NCBI RefSeq assembly: GCF_963921235.1
Contig: NC_086108.1
Coordinates: 24,180,001-24,244,000 of the forward strand
Length of the DNA: 64,000 nt
Direction: 5' to 3'
Source: Mobula hypostoma
Lineage: Eukaryota
Part shown: one piece after another, positions 13,294 to 25,848 of the stretch
Layout: the number at the start of each line of letters is the position of its first letter
Numbering within the stretch: position 1 is the stretch's first letter
The notes under the pieces: generated by a model
Told to the model about the DNA's origin: nothing
The model's database searches: none
The model's input: the letters and a program-made list of their open reading frames with translations, nothing else
Program-made: the position numbers and the translations under genes

Positions 13294-14700
13294 TTGGAAA
13301 ACATTGATAACAAATTGATCCATTTGCGGCCAAAGCAACAACAACAACAACTGAAAGAATTAATTCTAAAGTTTGAAGATTTGTTTCCCAATGTACCCAA
13401 ACAAACTTCAGTCGCTGTGCATGATGTAGATGTTGGTCAAGCTGACCCCATTAAGCAGCACCCCTATTGCATGGACATAGGAAAGAGTAAATTGGCTGAG
13501 CAGGAGATTGAATATATGCTGAAAAATGGTATTATCAGGCCATCAACAACAGATTGGGCCTCACCCTGTGTTATTGTGCCCAAACCTGATGGTAGCATTA
13601 GATTTTGTACTGATTATAGGAAGGTAAATGCAGTATCAAAGACAGATGCTTACCCTATCCCTAGAGTAGATGATTGCATTGATAAGGTTGGAAAAGCTAA
13701 ATTCCTTACAAAGATTGATCTGTTAAAAGGGTATTGGTGTGTTCCATTGACGGAGTGAGGCAGAGAAATCTTTGCATTTGTGACACCTTCTGGATTGTAT
13801 GAATATAATGTTTTGCCATTTGGAATGTAAAATGCTCCAGGAAACCTCCAAATAATGATTAACTCTGTAATTCGGGGATTAGAAAATATAGATGCCTATA
13901 TTGATGACTTAGACATAAGGAGTGACACTTGGGAAGGACATATCTCAGCAGTAGAAAAGCTGTTTGACAGGCTTTCCAAGGCCAACTTTACAGTCAACTT
14001 AGCTAAGAGTGAATTTGGCCATGCCTCTGTGGCCTATCTCGGCTATGTAGTAGGTCAAGGAAAGTTGGCTCCTGTTCAGGCAAAAGTCCAAGCAATTGTT
14101 GAGGTTCCTGTTCCAACAGGTAAGAAGGCTCTTATAAGGTTTTTTGGAATTGGTTGGATATTACCATAAGTTTTGTAAGAACTTTGCTGATATCGCTCTT
14201 CCCTAACCAATCTCCTACAGAAGCTTGAGAAGTTTGTTTGGACTGAGCCTTGTCAGGAGGCATTTGATCAATTAAAAACTATTCTATGTCATCAACCTGT
14301 GCTCAGAGCACCTGATTTTACAAAGTCATTTTCTATAGCTGTGGATGCCAGTGACGAAGCTGCTGGGGCAGTGTTATTACAAAAAGATGATGATGATGTT
14401 GAACATCCTGTAGCTTACTTTTTGAGGAAATTTAATGAACATCAAAGGAATTATTCCACTATAGAGAAAGAGTTGTTGTCATTCATTTTGCCTTTACATT
14501 ATTTTGACGTCTATGTTTGTCCGGCGCAGAAACCACTTGTGGTTTACACTGATCATAATCCGTTAGTGTTTCTGAGTAAGGTAAATTAAAAAAACAGAAG
14601 GTTCTTAAACTGGAGTCTGATTTTGCAGGAATACAACATGGTAATAAAGCATGTGAAATGCGCAGACAATATCATTGCAGATTGTCTATCCAGATGCTAA
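13294..14700 (+). pseudogene. Reverse transcriptase and RNase H of Gmr1-like element
   Basis: WASPCVIVPKPDGSIRFCTDYRKVN, KIDLLKGYW, AYIDD, AVDASD, YSTIEKE, TDHNPL, IADCLSR; stops and frameshifts. Confidence 0.92.
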
Positions 14701-14760
14701 GCTAAGTTCAAGAAAAATACTGGTATTTATATATGTTTCTACAATGTGTTACATGATAAT

Positions 14761-14793
<33 letters not shown>

Positions 14794-14806
14794 GTGATAT
14801 ATATAT
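14761..14806. repeat. (CA)n(TA)n compound microsatellite
   Basis: Visible directly. Confidence 0.9.
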
Positions 14807-16475
14807 TCACCAATGAGAGGGAACTTGATGAAGGTGAGGACAATATGAGTCAGGTTGATGTTCTGGAGCATGTTGATATTAAGGGAGAGGAGGTGTTGCA
14901 GTTGTTAAAATACACTAGGACGGATAAGTCCCCGGGGCCTGACGGAATATTCCCCAGGCTACTTCATGAAGCGAGGGAAGAGATTGCTGAGCCTCTGGCT
15001 AGGATCTTTATGTCCTCGTTGTCCAGGGGAATGGTACCGGAGGATTGGAGGGAGGCGAATGTTGTCCCCTTGTTCAAAAAAGGTAGTAGGGATAGTCCGA
15101 GTAATTATAGACCTGTGAGCCTTACGTCTGTGGTGGGAAAGCTGTTGGAAAAGATTCTTAGAGATAGGATCTATGGGCATTTAGAGAATCATGGTCTGAT
15201 CAGGGACAGTCAGCATGGCTTTGTGAAGGGCAGATCGTGTCTAACAAGCCTGACAGAGTTCTTTGAGGAGGTGACCAGGCATATAGATGAGGGTAGCGCA
15301 GTGGATGTGATCTATATGGATCTTAGTAAGGCATTTGACAAGGTTCCACACAGTAGGCTTATTCAGAAAGTCAGAAGGCACGGGATCCAGGGAAGTTTGG
15401 CCAGGTGGATTCAGAATTGGCTTGCCTGCAGAAGGCAGAGGGTCATGGTGAAGGGAGTACATTCATATTGGAGGATTGTGACTAGTGGTGTCCCACAAGG
15501 ATCGGTTCTGGGACCTCTACTTTTCGTGATTTTTATTAACGACCTGGATGTGAGGGCAGAGGGGTGGGTTGGCAAGTTTGCAGATGACACAAATGTTGGT
15601 GGTGTTGTAGATAGTGTAGAGGATTGTCAAAGATTGCAGAGAGACATTGATAGGATGCAGAAGTGGGCTGAGAAGTGGCAGATGGAGTTCAACCCGGAGA
15701 AGTGTGAGGTGGTACACTTTGGAAGGACAAACTCCAAGGCAGTGTACAAAGTAAATGGCAGGATACTTGGTAGTGTGGAGGAGCAGAGGGATCTGGGGGT
15801 ACATGTCCACAGATCCCTGAAAGTTGCCTTACAGGTAGATAGAGTAGTTAAGAAAGTTTATGGGGTGTTAGCTTTCATAAATCGAGGGATAGAGTTTAAG
15901 AGTCGCGATGTAATGATGCAGCTCTATGAAACTCTGGTTAGACCACACTTGGAGTACTTTGTCCAGTTCTGATCGCCTCACGATAGGAAGGATGTGGAAG
16001 CATTGGAAAGGATACAGAGGAGATTCACCAGGATGCTGCCTGGTTTAGAGAGTATGGATTATGATCAGAGATTAAGGGAGCTAGGGCTTTACTCTGTGGA
16101 GAGAAGGAGGATGAGAGGAGATATGATAGAGGTGTATAAGATAATAAGAGGAATAGATAGAGTGGATAGCCAGTGCCTCTTCCCCAGGGCACCACTGCTC
16201 AATACAAGAGGACATGGCTTTAAGGTAAGGGGTGGGAAGTTCAAGGGGGATATTAGAGGAAGGTTTTTAACTCAGAGAGTGGTTGGTGCGTGGAATGCAC
16301 TGCCTGAGTCAGTGGTGGAGGCAGATACACTAGTGAAGTTTAAGAGACTACTAGACAGGTATATGGAGTTATTTAAGGTGGGGGGTTATATGGGAAGCAG
16401 GGTTTGAGGGTCGGCACAACATTGTGGGGCAAAGGGCCTGTAATGTGCTGTACTATTCTATGTTCTATGTTCTAT
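14803..16475 (+). mobile_element. Young 5'-truncated CR1 LINE between pol and PPT
   Basis: RT frame open 14803-15972 and continuing in frame to 16407 after one stop; (TTCTATG)n tail. Confidence 0.93.
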
Positions 16476-16536
16476 ATTGTTTTACATTCTATAGTTTGCA
16501 GTTAAAATTTTGCTCTTTGATCAAAATTTTATTTTT

Positions 16537-16546
16537 GGGGGGGAAG
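16537..16546 (+). promoter_or_regulatory. Polypurine tract
   Basis: GGGGGGGAAG immediately before the 3' LTR TG. Confidence 0.85.
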
Positions 16547-17348
16547 TGTGATGAACCCCTAGGTTTATCTTGCCGTGGACTGTCATTTTAAGAGAGAATG
16601 CCTGAGTGACGTCAGCCACCAGCTTTCTTGGCTCCTGTTTGATTCTTACTGAGAGAGAGAGGCGGAACAATTTGACTCTGCAGCTTGTTTTGATTTAGGC
16701 AAGGACACTCACTCACACACGGTCAGTCGCAGTTGGAGTCGGACAATGGAAGGAAGCCAGTGACTAAGGGGTCACTGGTTGGAACTTGCGAGTGCCCACA
16801 AGGGTGGGTTTAGCATCGACCCAGCACATCTATAAGTGGCTATCACGTTGTGTGATTAGGGCAACCTTGTGGAATCTACCTATGTATTAACTCTAGGGTG
16901 GATGGTAGTTCCCATTGAAGACAGTACCCCTGTGATAAGCTACTATTGGTGATAATTCGTAAGTGGATTTGGAACGATGATGGATAAAACCTATGGCGAT
17001 TGTTATCCTGTTTTACCACCGTGGAACCTGTAGAATACAACATAAATGCCTTCTCTCGACATTCACCTTGGACTACAAGTATCTCTCTCACATCATTTAA
17101 TCCATGGATGAACTGAACTTTCATACCTTACCATCTCAAGATTTTAAGCCTGGTGCCCCCTGAGCTTAATAGTTTGGGAGTTACATTTACACATATGTAT
17201 ACTGATAACACTTTTAACTTTTGTTTTTTCTTGTTTAAGTTGCTATGTTAAGTAGATACTAATAAAGATAATGGTTTTGACATCAAAACCAGACTCCAGG
17301 TGTGGTCTATTGCAGCTGGTTCATTTACATCATTACTGGTACATAACA
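16547..17348 (+). repeat. 3' LTR of Gmr1-like element
   Basis: TGTGATGAACCC...GGTACATAACA, AATAAA at about 17261. Confidence 0.93.
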
Positions 17349-18450
17349 GAAGTCTCATGAGTGCCTTATAGAACCTCAACATCATATCCCTGCTCTTATA
17401 TTCTATACCTCCAGAAATGAATGCCAACATTGCATTTGTCTTCTTCACCATTGACTCAACCTGGAGGTTAACTTTAGGGTATTCTGCACAAATACTCCCA
17501 AGTCCCTTTGCATCTCTGCATTTTGAATTCTCTCCCCATCTAAATAATAATCTGCCCATTTATTTCTTCCACTAAAGTGCATGACCATACACTTTCCAAA
17601 ACTATATTTCATTTGCCAGTTCTTTGCCCATTCCCCTAAACTATCTAAGTCTTTCTGCAGGCTTTCTGTTTCCTCAACACTACCCGCTCCCCCAGCTATC
17701 TTTGTATCATCGGCAAATTTAGCCACAAATCCATCAATCCCATTATTCAAATCATTGACGTATATCGTAAAAAGTAGAGGTCCCAACACTAACCCCTGGG
17801 GAACTCCACTATGAACTGGCAGCCAGCCAGAATATGATCCATTTATTCCCACTCTCTGTTTTCTGCCAATCAGCCAATGCTCCACCCATGCTAGTAACTC
17901 CCCTGTAATTCCATGGGATCTTATCTTGCTAAGTAGCCTCATGTGTGGCACCTTGTCAAAGGCCTTCTGAAAATCCAAGTACACCACATCTGCTGCATCT
18001 CCTTCGACTACCCTGCCTGTAATTTCCTCAAAAAATTCAAGTAGGTTAGTCAGACAAGGATTATCCTTTTAGGAAACCATGCTGGCTTTGGCCTATCTTG
18101 TCATGTGCCCCCAGGTATTCCGTAATTTCATCCCTAACAATCGATTCCAACAACTTCCCAACCACTGATATCAGGCTAACAGGTCTATAGTTTATTTTCT
18201 GCTGCCTCCCACCCTTCTTAAATAGCGGAGTAGCATCTTCAATTTTTCAGTCATCTGGTACAATGCCATTATCTATCGATAATTCAAAGATCATTGTTAA
18301 TGCCTCTGCAACCTCTCCAGCTACTTCCTTCAGAACCCGAGGGTGCATTCCATCAGGTCCAGGAGATTTATCCACCCTCAGACCATTAAGCTCCCTGAGC
18401 ACCTTCTTAGTTGCAATTTTGACTGCACATGCTTCACTTCCCTGACACAT
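17349..18450 (-). mobile_element. CR1 RT, upstream continuation of 528-825
   Basis: YLDFQKAFDKVPH, SGVPQG, KFADDTK, DKSPGPDGMHPRVLKE. Confidence 0.9.
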
Positions 18451-19039
18451 TTGGTTCGCAGTTTGATTTGTATGAATATCACTTTCTGAACCTAAGCTAT
18501 TTTTCAAATTTCATTTCCGGTGCGGATTAATTTGGATTTCAATTTGAAGCACACACAGTGGAAAGATATCCATCTTCATCTGCTCTTTTTTTCCCCTTGA
18601 AGCAGCAATATCTGTGAGTCTTAAGCTTTCTTAATATCAGTAAACATTTGGTAGATATATTTAGAAGGCAGTGTCGCATATCATTACTAAGATACTGTTG
18701 TGCCCCAAGTTTACTCCTTTCTGCACAGCACAGTTATGGAGTGGTGCATGTGTGTATTATTTTGGTTAACACCAATTGCGAGAATAATCAGTATTAGTAT
18801 ATTCAGGCACACGATGATTCTGCATTGAATATAATGTGTATTTTACTTTCTGCAGTTTCAAGAGTAATATTTTATTAAAGACCCCGAAGGAAGCTTCTGT
18901 CTCAGGTGATTTTTGAGAAAGTATTTAACTCACTGCATAGCTTTACATATTCATTGCAAGGGCAGTAGGACAAAATGATAACTCTCCTTCAAAGGCATCA
19001 CCCATAGACTGGAGACGTGTCTGAATGCCATACAGGACA

Positions 19040-22034
19040 ATGTCAGCTTCCAACCCAAGCAACATCGATCATCAAGACCTGGAAATCAGGTCAGAGTGTG
19101 GTGCATCAATCACATCATTAGATGTTCGAATAAGTCCATGATAGGCTTAGCTCATAGCAGAGCTGAAGCAGCAAGATTGAGATTAGATTATTTTAAACAT
19201 GAAGTTGAGATGCAAATGGAGAAAAAATGCCTAGCCTTGGAGAAAGTTTGTGTAGAGGCAACATGATGTGCACTCAAGAAAGAGTGTGAAGCTGAAGCTA
19301 CTTTAGCAGAGCCAAAAGCATCAGAAAAGGCAGCTGACTTAATGTAACAGTTCTACAAGAAGAAGCTGTCCACACCATGCAGCCAAGATGCCTTTCACAT
19401 CACCCAGGTATTGACAACGTCTGCAACAGCAAAGACCTACAACACCCCCTTCTGCAGTTTCATCACAGTGAAGACTTCAATCAAGAGTTGCTACTGATGC
19501 CAGTTCCAGCTGCACAGACATGGACAGACTGAACTTCCTTCCACCCCCGAACGTACTTGGCAAACCAGTCTCCACAATGCTCTCATTCAGGAGCTGCAGG
19601 AGTCACAAGTGCATGAGATTTGGCTAGGTGTCTGGTTCATTGAGACCTAGTCACAGCAGGATTAAAAGTGTTCAAGGACTAGTTTGTCAGTTATCTGTCC
19701 TGGAAGTCGTGCTTTCGCAATGGCATAGAAGGACTAAGTCTCAACCTAGCAAAGACATAGACCTTCTCTGTAAGTAGTTTAACGGGGATCACTGCAACAT
19801 ACAAAAGGGTTAGAGTATATCACATTAATAATCCAGATATGGATTCACATATGCTGTGGCAGAGGCTGGACAAGTGCTATGTCTCTCAAGAGGCAATCGA
19901 GAAATCTCTCTTCAGCAGAGTTGATAATTTTCCAAAGCTCTGACACAAAGAACCACAGAGCAACTGGAATTTGCAGATGTGTTGTCAGAACTGCAAGTCC
20001 TAAAACACAAGGGTTACATACCAAACAACATGCAAGAACAGTGGATAACTGAAGGAATCAAGTATAAAATGAAGCATCATGCCCACTATCCACTATTTTC
20101 ATTCTTTGTGGAATTCAAATATATGAAATGACCCTAGTTTTATGCTGTCATCTCCAGATAATACATAATTCAAAGAGGAGTCTCCAGCAAAAGCATGGAA
20201 AATCTGAACTCCTGTCACGATCAACGAAACTGAAGTAGGAAACTCCATCGAGACCCTCAATAGACAATGTTCGATCTATAAGAAACCTCTCCCCTTAAGG
20301 AAATGCAGAGAATTCAGAGAACTCACAGACTGAAGGATGATTTATAAAGGATCATTCACTGTGTTTCAAATATTGTGCTTCAACACAGTACTAAGCAAAT
20401 GACAGTAGAGCTGTCATGCACTGTACTGAGTGCAGCAGAAACCAGCACATATCAGCACTTCATTCAGGGCCGGCATGTTGAGCTACTCCTGGTTCCTGCA
20501 TGTCTGCAGCAGAGCACGATGGGCAGCTGAGCATCCTGAGATGTAGCTGCTTCCTCATGCAGAGAGCTATCAGAATCAGAATCAGGTTTAATATCACCTG
20601 CATATGTTGAGGAATCTGCTAACTTAGAGGCAGGGGTGCAATGCAATACATTATAAATATCACAAAAAATATGTGAATTACTCAAATATATGTATGTATA
20701 TTAAATAATTAGTGCAAAAACAGAAATATATAAAAAATGTAGTGAGATAGTATTCATGGGTTCAATGTCCATTTTGATGTTGGATGGCAGAGGGGAAGAA
20801 GCTGTTCCTGAATCGCTGAGTGAGTGCCTTCAGACTACTGTACCTCCCCCCTCATGGTAACAATGGGAAAAGGTATGTCCTGGGTGGTGGGGATCCTTAA
20901 TGGTGGACGCTGCCTGTCTGAGCCACTGCTCCTTGAAGATGCCTTGGAATTTCACGACACATGCTGGTGATTCATAAATCTGATTCTGATACTACGGAGG
21001 CTAGTACTCATGATGGAGCTGACTAAATTTACAACTCTTTGCCGCATACTTCGATCCTGGGCAGCAGCAGTCCCCACACTCCCCATACGATGCGGTGGTG
21101 CAGCCTGGCAGAATGTTCTCTGAAGAAATTTTCAAGTATTTTAGGTGACATACAAAATTTCCTCAAACTCCTAACGAAATATAATCGCTGATGTGCCTTC
21201 TTTATAGCTGCATTGATATGTTGGGACCAGGTTAGATTCTCAGAGATATGACACCCAGGAACTTGACATTGCTCATTCACTCCAGTGATGTGTTCCTTCG
21301 TCTTACCCTTCCTGCAGTCCACAATCAGCTCTCTGGTCTTACTGACACTGAGTGCAAGGTTATTGCTGCGACGCCATTCAACCAGCTGGTATACCTTGCT
21401 CCTGTACGCCCTCTCATCACCATCTGAGGTTCTGCCAACAACGGTTGTATCATCAGCAAATTTACAGATGGCATTTAAGCTGTGCAAATCCTGCTCTAAT
21501 TTTTCTCTAGTCAACATCTACTGGAAGGGACATCCTCAGCAAAAAACAAAGCCATATGTGATAACTAGATGAACAGAGCAATGTGTCATTCGCAAAACCT
21601 ACATTCTTTGACACATTTTGTAATCAAGGCTCTGGTTCCACATACACACTAATGACATATCCTCGAACAACAGAAGTTGTCAGGAGAACCAGTGAATTTG
21701 TCATGGAGTGAATAGCAGAGGAGATCGGCTTACCTTTGCCAACCCTCAGAGAGTGCAACCATATTCCCAACAACGGGAATTAAATCCCAACTCCTGAAGC
21801 TGCATGCGGTCATTCATACCTTAAAGATATAGCTAACAAGATTCCCCCACTTGACTCTTCAACTGAGATTTTCCTTTTGTTTGGGAGAGACATCATTCAT
21901 GCACGTAAGGTATGTGACCAGTGCAATGGTCAGCACAACACACCTTATGCCCAATGAATGGACCTGGGTTTGGTCATAGTGGGTGAAGTCTGCCTTGATG
22001 ATGCTCATCAACTCACTGTTATTGGAAATTGGAA
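19040..22034 (+). mobile_element. Degenerate BEL/Pao gag-protease region, interrupted by a Rex1-type LINE
   Basis: Manual translation: WKSCFRNGIEGL, EAIEKSLFSRVDNFPK, CFKYCAST..CTECSRNQHISALHSGP, KSCSNFSLVNIY..LDEQSN, LPLPTLRECNHIP, DLGLVIVG. Confidence 0.7.
20569..21485 (-). mobile_element. Rex1/Babar-type LINE 3' fragment
   Basis: KFADDTTVVG..KTRELIVD..KKAHQRLYF; tail seen as TCAGAA repeats at 20570. Confidence 0.85.
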
Positions 22035-22943
22035 ATGTCTTGTCTCCCTTTCTCTTCACCATTTCAACCTCGGACTTCAACTTCTGCACAGAGTCTTGTC
22101 ATCTTCAGAAGTTTTCTGATGACTCTGCCATAGTTGGATGCATCAGCAAGAGAGATGAGGCTGAGTACAGGGTTACGGTAGGAAACTTTGTTACATGGTG
22201 TGAGCAGAATTATCTGCAGTTTAGTGTAAAAAAGACTAAGGAGCTGGTGGTAGACCTGAGGAGAGCTAAGGTACCGGTGACCCCTGTTTCCATCCAGGGG
22301 GTCAGTGTGGACATGGAGGAGGATTACACATACCTGGGGATACGAGTTGTCAATAAACTGGACTGGTCAAAGAACACTGAGGCTGTCTACAAGAAGGGTC
22401 AGAGCCATCTCTATTTCCTGAGGAGACTGAAGTCCTTTAACATCTGCCGGACGATGCTGAGGATGTTCTACGAGTCTGTGGTGGCCAGTGCTATCATGTT
22501 TGCTGTTGTGTGCTGGGGCAGCAGGCTGAGGGTAACAGACACCGACAGAATCAACAAACACGTCTGTAAGGCCAGTGATGTTGTAGGGATGGAACTGGTC
22601 TCTCTCACGGTGGTATCTGAAAAGAGGATGCTGTCTAAGTTGCATGTCATCTTGGTCAATGTTTCCCATCCACTACATAATGTACTGGGTGGGCACAGGA
22701 GTACATTCAGCCAGAGACTCATTCCACCGAGATGCAGCACAGAGCGTCATAGGAAGTCATTCCTGCCTATGGCCATCAAACTTTACAACTCCTTCCTTGG
22801 AGGGTTAGACACCCTGAGCCAATAGGCTGGTCCTGGACTTATTTCATAATTTACATATCACTATTTAAGTATTATGGTTCTATTACTATTTATTATTTAT
22901 GGTGCAACTGTAATGAAAACCAATTTATGACTATGACTATGAC
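22035..22943 (+). mobile_element. Rex1-type LINE 3' fragment with open RT C-terminus
   Basis: CHLQKFSDDSAIVGC..KTKELVVD..TERHRKSFLP; (CTATGA)n tail. Confidence 0.9.
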
Positions 22944-24459
22944 TAAGCAATCATACTGCAGTCTCCTAAAGGAGGGGACCATCACTGACAACGCAGGAAA
23001 AAGGTGACTTAGTTTGGATGCAGAACATTTCCTGAACTAATGCCCTGATTCAGAGTGATTGGCAACAACAATCAATATCATCGTCTAGGTATGACTCCAT
23101 CTAAAAGAGACTCCATCTCTACTCTAATTGTCTTTCAGTTGTAATACTTTATTCACTTAAATTCTCCCTTAATTCCAAGGCAGTCACTGTCACTTCACCT
23201 CTTCTCTTCAACTCTTCTATCCTTTATGGAGAATTTCTTGCTATCACATGAAATGAACTAGATAATTTGGACACTGCGTTGTTACGTCAGGATGGTTATC
23301 TGCTTAACAGTTTTGGGTACAGCTTTGTTTATTACATTTTCTTGGTGGGCTCCACCACCAAGTTTGAGAGCATTCTTAAATTTGTGCCCTCTAATTGGCT
23401 ATTGAATTAACCATCGCAAGCCACAACAGGTGACAGCAGAAAGAACAGAGATTTAATGTCATCAATGGAGTATGTCAAAGTTCAGTGAAACCAAATGTGA
23501 ATATATATTCCAAGCATTCATGTCAGGCTTCGACTAACCCTCTCCATCAAACCCAAATATTATCTCATTAAGAGAAAATGTACAGATTATTTTTCTTCAA
23601 ACTATTTATTTTACTAGGCTGCCCTAAAAGAAATATTTCAGTAGAATGGAAACAAAATAAAATTTCTTATGCAACTTTTGGTTTCTTCTCATGGGCTTCA
23701 AATAAAAAGAATGACAACACTTCTTCTACAAAGGACGATTGCAACCCAACACAGGCAGAAAGATTAAAAAGCAGGCAAATCATCTTGAAAATTAATTTGT
23801 CAATCCTGCGGCCAACTCTGAAAGCTTCAAATAATCTACTCAATGTTTTTCTTTAACAAACTAAATCCCTGATAAAACATAATCAGTAGTCAAAGTAAAG
23901 TGTTTTGTGTAGTTAGTTCCTCGGATTTATTTACTTAAGCGCTTGAAATGATTAAAATTGGAAGAAATAGTTCTTTGTGTTATGGTTCAATTGTGTCTGA
24001 ATTGCTTGCTGTGGGAAAACCGAATTTGCATGGAGTGAACAGGGGAACATCAAATATTTTGGGTTTCAACTCATCAACTTCCATCTTCCTTGGCTCCAAG
24101 CATTTTCTATTCAACCCTTCCCAATTGAACCAGGGCCATGGCTTTTCATTAAAAACAGATATAGTGGGAAGTCCTCAATGATCCAGATCATTCCCTTCAA
24201 TGGATTTGATTGCTGAGGGATTAATTAGAATTCCAGTTTTTACTAGGCAATTTGTAGGTTTCAGGAAATTGGGAAAAGGTCTGGTGTAGCCAAGGTCCTA
24301 GAATTTCCTAATAACCTCTGCTACTCTTCTTCTGTAGGAAAGTATCAGGAGCTTCTTGGAAACAGTTCACAAATCTATATATATCACCTGATAGAAATGT
24401 CCTGAAGGACATGAAACACTAAACGACTGCATAGCAACATCAATCAAGCTTTTCTTATA

Positions 24460-24603
24460 TTCTTGGAATTCATGATTCTGTTATGGTTATTATTCTAGTA
24501 TGGATTATTGAATATGCCTGAAAGAAAATGAATCTCAGGGTTGTCTATGGTGACATACTGTACAGGTACTTTGATATGAAATTTACTTTGGACTTTGAAC
24601 TTT
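24460..24603 (+). mobile_element. Short retroposon 3' tail
   Basis: Ends in ACTTTGG/ACTTTGA repeats; a similar tail lies on the minus strand near 43220-43330. Confidence 0.5.
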
Positions 24604-25387
24604 TAGAGGATGGCTTGCATTCTGTTCTATTTTATGGATTCTGATGTGGCAGGTGGGGTTCATGTGGGAACCTGACAGGATGGGCACTTGTGAGAGGGCG
24701 TGTTCCTTCTACCATTTATGTAAGGCTTCTGTGTTGTCCTAATAACTGGATCTTAAGTTTTCAAAATCATCCAAAATACTCTGAGGTGTCACCAATCAGA
24801 AATTTTAGGGCTCAAAGGGAATGTTGTGTTTGTAGTGGCTTTGAGCATATCACTAAATAATTTCTTTTCTGTCTACCTGATGATCACGACAGAGCTTTGA
24901 ATAAAGTACTTCCTTCAGGAGCCTCCTGGTGGATGTATAAATAAACAAGTTGTAACAACAAAACTAATCATTGATGAGAAATTCATTTTACTAGTTTAAA
25001 CTCAAACTAACATTTGGGCAAGTGTGACAGGACAGGCTGGCAATGCTAATTCTCCAACTAATCTTGCCCCTTTGCCCAGTTAGTTACTCCTCTTCGTTCT
25101 GTCCCTGGTCCAGTTTGCTCAGTAGTTCACACACATTGCCCTCCCATTCTGCGGTCCTTGGGAGTTCACTATTTACACACCCAACAGTAAAACAATCGCT
25201 AGCTTGGCTAATCAAAACAATCCCTTCAGTTAATGTGCTCAACTGGTTTATAACTCAAAAAAATAAAGATTCTAAACACAGGCATTCCAAACAGTTTCAG
25301 TTATTTTCACTCACACTGTTACATGAGTTTGCAGACAGTAGAATGGTCCCAAAAACCCAAGAGACAGTTTGGGGCATCCAAAAATAA

Positions 25388-25848
25388 TAAGACCATAAGA
25401 TAAAGGAGCAGAAGTAGACTATTTGGCCCATTGAGTCTGTTCCTATTCAATCATGGGCTGATCCAATTCTTCCAGTCATCCCCACTCCCCTGCCTTCTCC
25501 CCATACCCTTTGATGCCCTGGCTAATTAAGAACCTACCTATCTCTGCCTTAAATGCACCCAATGACTTGGTCTCCACAGCCACTCGTGGCAACAAATTCT
25601 ACAGGTTTGCCACCCTCTGACTAAAGTAATTTCTCCACATCTCTGTTCTAAATGAATGTCCTTCAATTCTGAAGTCGTGTCCTCTTGTCCTAGACTTCCC
25701 TACCATGGGAAATAACCTTGTCATATCTAATCTGTTTAGGCCTTTTAACATTCGGACTGTTTCAATGAGATACCTTCTCATTCTCTTGAACTCCAGGGAG
25801 TACAGCCCAAGAGCTGCCAGATGTTCCTCATACGGTATCTCTTTCATT
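25388..25848 (-). mobile_element. CR1 3' end
   Basis: LGLYSLEFKRMR..RTRGHDFRIEG; same subfamily as 528-825. Confidence 0.88.

Larger units (their letters stand above)
826..17348 (+). mobile_element. Gmr1-like Ty3/Gypsy LTR retrotransposon, two LTRs, degenerate, with nested insertions
   Basis: Direct repeats 826-1603 and 16547-17348, PBS, PPT; domain order gag(SCAN-like, CCHC)-PR-IN-RT-RH. Confidence 0.92.

Noticed and set aside
14746..15972. 408-aa ORF as a functional gene
   Set aside because: N-terminus is microsatellite read-through into a 5'-truncated CR1 RT that ends at a premature stop
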